Source: Haloquadratum walsbyi C23
GTDB lineage: Archaea > Halobacteriota > Halobacteria > Halobacteriales > Haloferacaceae
Direction: 5' to 3'
NCBI RefSeq assembly: GCF_000237865.1
Contig: NC_017459.1
Coordinates: 2,910,001 to 2,942,000, forward strand
DNA length: 32,000 nt
Positions 28,443 to 32,000 of the stretch are shown one piece after another. The translations under genes and the position numbers were made by a program. The notes below the pieces were generated by a model. It did no database searches and was not told where the DNA came from. It saw only the letters and a program-made list of their open reading frames with translations. The number at the start of each line of letters is the position of its first letter. Positions within the stretch are counted from its first letter, which is position 1.

Positions 28443-28495
28443 TCTACAGGCGGAACAGACCGAGTGCCTCGGGGCTTGACCCCGAGGCGGTTCAC
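28443..28495 (-). repeat. 53-nt dispersed element, copy 1 (forward sense on the minus strand), containing the hairpin GCCTCGGGG-TCAAG-CCCCGAGGC
   Basis: The reverse complement matches 30365-30417 at 52/53 positions. The element starts at the srp54 stop codon (G-TGA-ACC...). Confidence 0.85.
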
Positions 28496-29892
28496 CCAAA
28501 CGGTCCGAGACCGCCGCCACCACCAAGACCACCCATACCGCCGCCACCTTGCTGTTGCATCTTTTTCATCATTCGCTGCATATCGCCTTCTCCCATACCT
28601 TGGAACTGTTTGATTGTTCGTTCCATCATTTTATGTTGTTGAAGTAGTTCACGAACGGTTTCCTCATCGGTGCCGGAACCACGAGCGATGCGGCGAACAC
28701 GAGACGCACCAACACTCCGTGGATCTTCAAGTTCTGCTTCAGTCATCGAATCCATGATCACATCAAAGTCTCGCATTCGGTTCTGTGTCACATCCATTGC
28801 GTCATCAGGGAGTTGATCTTTGAGCCCACCACCAAGACCAGGAATCATATCCATTACTTGATCAAGGGGACCCATACGGTCCATCGCTTCCATCTGTTTA
28901 CGCATGTCTTTGAGGGTAAACGATCCCTCCATGATATCTTCAGGGTCCCAGTCATCGTCGGCTTCCTGTGTCTCAGCCATTGCACGCTCAACGCGCTCGG
29001 AGAGTTGCTTGAGATCGCCCATCCCCAGAAGCCGTGAGATGAACCCATTCGGTTCGAATCGCTCGACATCTTGGACAGTCTCACCGGTCCCTAAGAATGC
29101 AATTGATGAATCAGTCTCATTGACTGCGGTAAGGGCACCCCCTCCTTTCGCAGTTCCGTCGAGTTTTGTGACAACAACACCGTCAATACCGATTGCATTG
29201 TTGAACTCACGAGCCTGTTGTTTGGCTCCTTGTCCAATCGCCGCATCAAGTACGAGTAATGACCGGTCTGGAGCAACCGTTGAATCAATTGCCTCAATTT
29301 CATCGATCAGGTCTGCCTCAAGTGCATGACGACCGGCTGTGTCAACGATATGAATATCTGCATCAGTGGTGGCTTCAATGCCTTCGCGGGCAATCTTAAC
29401 CGGGTCATCGCAGTCTGGATCGCCATAAAATGATACTTCAGCACGTTCACACATCTGCTCTGCTTGGTCGTATGCACCAGGACGAAATGTATCCGTTTGA
29501 ATCACAGCCGGGCGGAGACCTTTCGTTGAGAACCACCACGCCATTTTTGCCGCTGATGTGGTCTTTCCAGATCCCTGCAGTCCCGCAAGAAGAATTGTCT
29601 GTGACTTAAGCGGGAGGTCTGTTGAGTCACCAACAAGATCAACAAGTTCCTCATAGACGATTCGTAAAACATGATCACGTGCGGAGGTTCCTGCCGGCGG
29701 TTCCTCACCGGTTGCACGGTCTTCAATTGATGAGGAGAGTTCCATCACGAGGCTTACCTCGACATCTGCGGATAGCAGCGACCGCTGAATTTCTTTCACA
29801 ATTTCCTCGACGTCATCCTCGTCGAGGCGGGACTTCCCCTGAAGTTTGTCAAGACTGCCACGGAGGGAACTCCCAAGATTATCAAGCACCAT
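28492..29892 (-). CDS. srp54: Signal recognition particle protein SRP54
   Basis: 466-aa ORF with GTPase motifs [14 protein letters not shown] and TKLDG, plus a Met-rich M domain and a Gly-rich tail. Confidence 0.97.
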   Translation of the reverse strand: MVLDNLGSSLRGSLDKLQGKSRLDEDDVEEIVKEIQRSLLSADVEVSLVMELSSSIEDRATGEEPPAGTSARDHVLRIVYEELVDLVGDSTDLPLKSQTILLAGLQGSGKTTSAAKMAWWFSTKGLRPAVIQTDTFRPGAYDQAEQMCERAEVSFYGDPDCDDPVKIAREGIEATTDADIHIVDTAGRHALEADLIDEIEAIDSTVAPDRSLLVLDAAIGQGAKQQAREFNNAIGIDGVVVTKLDGTAKGGGALTAVNETDSSIAFLGTGETVQDVERFEPNGFISRLLGMGDLKQLSERVERAMAETQEADDDWDPEDIMEGSFTLKDMRKQMEAMDRMGPLDQVMDMIPGLGGGLKDQLPDDAMDVTQNRMRDFDVIMDSMTEAELEDPRSVGASRVRRIARGSGTDEETVRELLQQHKMMERTIKQFQGMGEGDMQRMMKKMQQQGGGGMGGLGGGGGLGPFG

Positions 29893-30364
29893 TTGACTTC
29901 AATATGTCACGAAACGTGTAAAGCTTTGTCTGTCGGTGAAGCACTAGGATTGAATCCCTGAAACTGCACATAAGGCGCTCAGGTGCACGTCTCGTAGCTG
30001 GTCTGATATCTCGAGAAATACCATACGCATATCTCGGATATATACCTGAGAGGTCATGCTAGCGTGTCAGACGTTCCCAGCAGAGACTCTATGTGAACCT
30101 ATGATATTCTTTCCGCAGTAAACGGCGGAGTTCCCATATGCGGAGGCTTGCTGGGTTGTGAGATTTATGATTTCATACTCCGGGAGGGAATGCGGGTCAT
30201 GCCATACGACACCCCACTGTCGAAAGACGGGGATTCGGGGTTATTGTGCGCTTCCTGCACCCCGTTCGCCTGATGAAAAGTGTATTTTCAATGATGAAAA
30301 GAAGAATCCCGACACTGTCTCAGCGAAAGAAAGGAGAGACCACCTCGGTCAGACTCGATGTAGC

Positions 30365-30417
30365 GTGAACCGCCTCGGGGTCAAGCTCCGAGGCACTCGG
30401 TCTGTTCCGCCTGTAGA
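30365..30417 (+). repeat. 53-nt dispersed element, copy 2 (forward sense on the plus strand)
   Basis: gtgaaccgcctcggggtcaagctccgaggcactcggtctgttccgcctgtaga. The single difference from copy 1 (C to T at 30387) converts a stem G-C pair to G-U when read on the plus strand. Confidence 0.85.
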
Positions 30418-30641
30418 ACCGATTAAACTGCGTGCAGACGGTGTATCCCCGCCTGAAACACGAGGTATGAGTGATCTCATCCACTTAATAATATTCCAAC
30501 TACATCTGATCAGGGTATCATCACTAATCACGAACACCGCATTCTCTCAGTTAATCAGCGATACAAGCAGTAGGTTTGCAAATAGAAGAATAAAGAGTAA
30601 TAGACCCGTTGATGAATGGGTATTGACAGTTATAGATAATA

Positions 30642-31883
30642 TCAGCGTGATTCCGTCTCACCAAGCAACTGATTGACCATTGATTCTGGATTGAATCGTT
30701 CAATGTCGTCATATTCCTGCCCAACGCCCAGAAACAATATTGGTTTTCCAGTGACATACGCAATTGAGATTGCTGCACCACCATTTGAGTCGGCATCTGC
30801 CTTCGTTAAAACCGTCCCATCAATCTCAGCAGCCTCATTGAACTGTTTTGCTCGTTCGACAGCATCCTGTCCGGCAACAGCTTCATCAACGAAAAGTGTC
30901 ATATCAGGATTGACTACTCGATCAATCTTCTCTAATTGTGCCATCAAATCATTCGATGTGTGAAGTCGACCAGCAGTATCACCTAATACAACATCAATAT
31001 CATTTGCCTCAGCGTACTCAACGGCATCATAAAGAACCGCTGCAGGGTCGCCTCCCTGTTCATGAGCAATAAGTCTCGTGTCGAGTGTCTTTGCATGTTC
31101 ACGGATTTGTTCATTTGCCCCAGCCCGGTACGTATCACCGTTAGCCATCACAACTGAAAGTCCGCGAGACTCAAGATATTGGACAAGTTTTGCAATACTC
31201 GTCGTTTTCCCAACTCCATTGACACCTGTAAAGACAATTGTCATCGGTGAGTCAGCACTCTCGACACGTGAGTCAAAGTCATACTGTCCAACGCTGATTA
31301 CCTCATACAATGCGTCTGAGAGCGCTTCTTCAACGAGCGCAGCAGTTGTATTAACCTGCGCACGCGTCTCACCAAGCATTTTGCTTCGAATAGTACCAAG
31401 GATTTCCTCTGCAACCTGCATCTCCACATCGCTTTCAAGAAGTGCCATCTCAAGTTGCCATAACGGCTCTTCGAGATCCTCTTCCTCGATAACAATTTTT
31501 CCAGTAGCAAACGCCGCTGCGCGCTTAAGTCGACCCGGTTTATTATCTGATTGTGCTGTCTCATCGAGCACTGCTGCAGCTTCCTGTGATGCAAGCGAGG
31601 ACGAGTCAGTATCTATATTTGGGTCTCCATCCGTATTTGCCGATATATCAGACTCAGCAGTTGTGACATCACTGTTACTCGTGTGAGTGTTATCATCTGG
31701 AGTCTGCTCGCTGGTATCGTTGGCTGCCTCAGAAGGCATATGCGACACTGATTCATCCGATTGCTTGACGTTTGGTTCAGCGTCATCACCAGATGATGCT
31801 TCATCAGTAGCTGATTTCTCAGTCGCTGTCTCCTCGACATCGTCTCGAAACTGATCAAGTTTATTTTTCAGTCCATCAAACAT
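30642..31883 (-). CDS. ftsY: Signal recognition particle receptor FtsY
   Basis: 413-aa ORF with an acidic N-terminal region followed by an NG domain carrying GVNGVGKTT, DTAGR and TKADA. Confidence 0.95.
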   Translation of the reverse strand: MFDGLKNKLDQFRDDVEETATEKSATDEASSGDDAEPNVKQSDESVSHMPSEAANDTSEQTPDDNTHTSNSDVTTAESDISANTDGDPNIDTDSSSLASQEAAAVLDETAQSDNKPGRLKRAAAFATGKIVIEEEDLEEPLWQLEMALLESDVEMQVAEEILGTIRSKMLGETRAQVNTTAALVEEALSDALYEVISVGQYDFDSRVESADSPMTIVFTGVNGVGKTTSIAKLVQYLESRGLSVVMANGDTYRAGANEQIREHAKTLDTRLIAHEQGGDPAAVLYDAVEYAEANDIDVVLGDTAGRLHTSNDLMAQLEKIDRVVNPDMTLFVDEAVAGQDAVERAKQFNEAAEIDGTVLTKADADSNGGAAISIAYVTGKPILFLGVGQEYDDIERFNPESMVNQLLGETESR

Positions 31884-31914
31884 TAGTGAGGTATCTGACT
31901 ACGCAACCAGCGTA

Positions 31915-32000
31915 TTATTCGTTGTCCTCTGGTTGCTGGTCTTGCATTTGCTGCATTTGTTGTTGCTGCATTTGCTGTTGCATCTGTTGCGCCTGCTGCT
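31915..32000 (-). CDS. pfdA: 3' end of a CDS with a Gln/Met-rich tail (...QQAQQMQQQMQQQQMQQMQDQQPEDNE*); possibly prefoldin alpha, by the pfdA-ftsY synteny known in archaea
   Basis: My reverse translation up to the TAA at 31915-31917. Only 28 codons are visible, so identity rests on gene order alone. Confidence 0.4.
   Translation of the reverse strand, partial: QQAQQMQQQMQQQQMQQMQDQQPEDNE

Noticed and set aside
30270-30330. C/D-box sRNA (two TGATGA boxes 13 nt apart)
   Set aside because: There is no CTGA D' box between them. The only 3' candidate is CTCA rather than CTGA, and the spacing does not fit the C-guide-D'-C'-guide-D layout.
30158-30676. 172-aa plus-strand ORF filling the ftsY-srp54 gap
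   Set aside because: Its composition is basic and rich in Cys, Arg and Ser, unlike every credible acidic protein in the window. I recognise no motif. It runs through repeat modules and overlaps the ftsY 3' end antisense. Treated as non-coding.
1-32000. CRISPR arrays, cas genes, restriction or defence genes, toxin-antitoxin pairs, integrases
   Set aside because: None seen. The only tandem repeats are 2 x 18 nt (2580-2615), 3 x 7 nt (about 10602-10620) and coding hexamer or CAG-type tracts. None has spacer-repeat architecture.

Overview
This window reads as a core-genome segment of a halophilic archaeon. The evidence is strongly acidic proteins, a split rpoB (B''/B'), TFB/TBP, SRP54/FtsY, and TATA-like boxes about 27 nt upstream of start codons. 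Spacers are long and AT-rich. From memory this fits a Haloquadratum-like genome, but that is unverified inference.

Gene content, left to right:
- RNA polymerase operon rpoH-rpoB2-rpoB1-rpoA1 on the minus strand (rpoA1 runs off the left edge)
- aIF-1A and a RIO kinase, with overlapping stop and start codons
- tyrS and a small PLDc_N-type membrane protein
- a DUF460/COG2433 coiled-coil protein and RNase Z
- a 92-aa ORF, an RFC small-subunit paralog and archaetidylserine decarboxylase
- a THUMP/Trm11-type tRNA methyltransferase
- TFB, a Zn-ribbon ORF and TBP
- a membrane protein and hisG
- the MTA/SAH deaminase and adenosylhomocysteinase
- a sulfatase-like protein and tRNA-Pro(UGG)
- two half-size MgtE-like genes
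- srp54, ftsY and the 3' end of a Gln-rich CDS (possibly prefoldin alpha)

I found no CRISPR array, defence or toxin cluster, intact mobile element, or multi-gene island of unknown function. I cannot support a claim of a novel system here.

The signals worth a second look are mostly in the spacers:
1. A 53-nt inverted repeat (52/53 identical) with a GC hairpin brackets srp54.
2. Degenerate modules of the same element family recur in four other spacer segments.
3. Two ORF-less GC-rich islands lie at about 10.3-10.5 kb and 30.1-30.4 kb.
4. A decayed IS200/IS605 tnpA relic sits between mtaD and ahcY.
5. A Zn-ribbon ORF with a perfect Shine-Dalgarno match is translationally coupled between tfb and tbp.
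6. Unusually long untranslated spacers lie inside the RNA polymerase operon.
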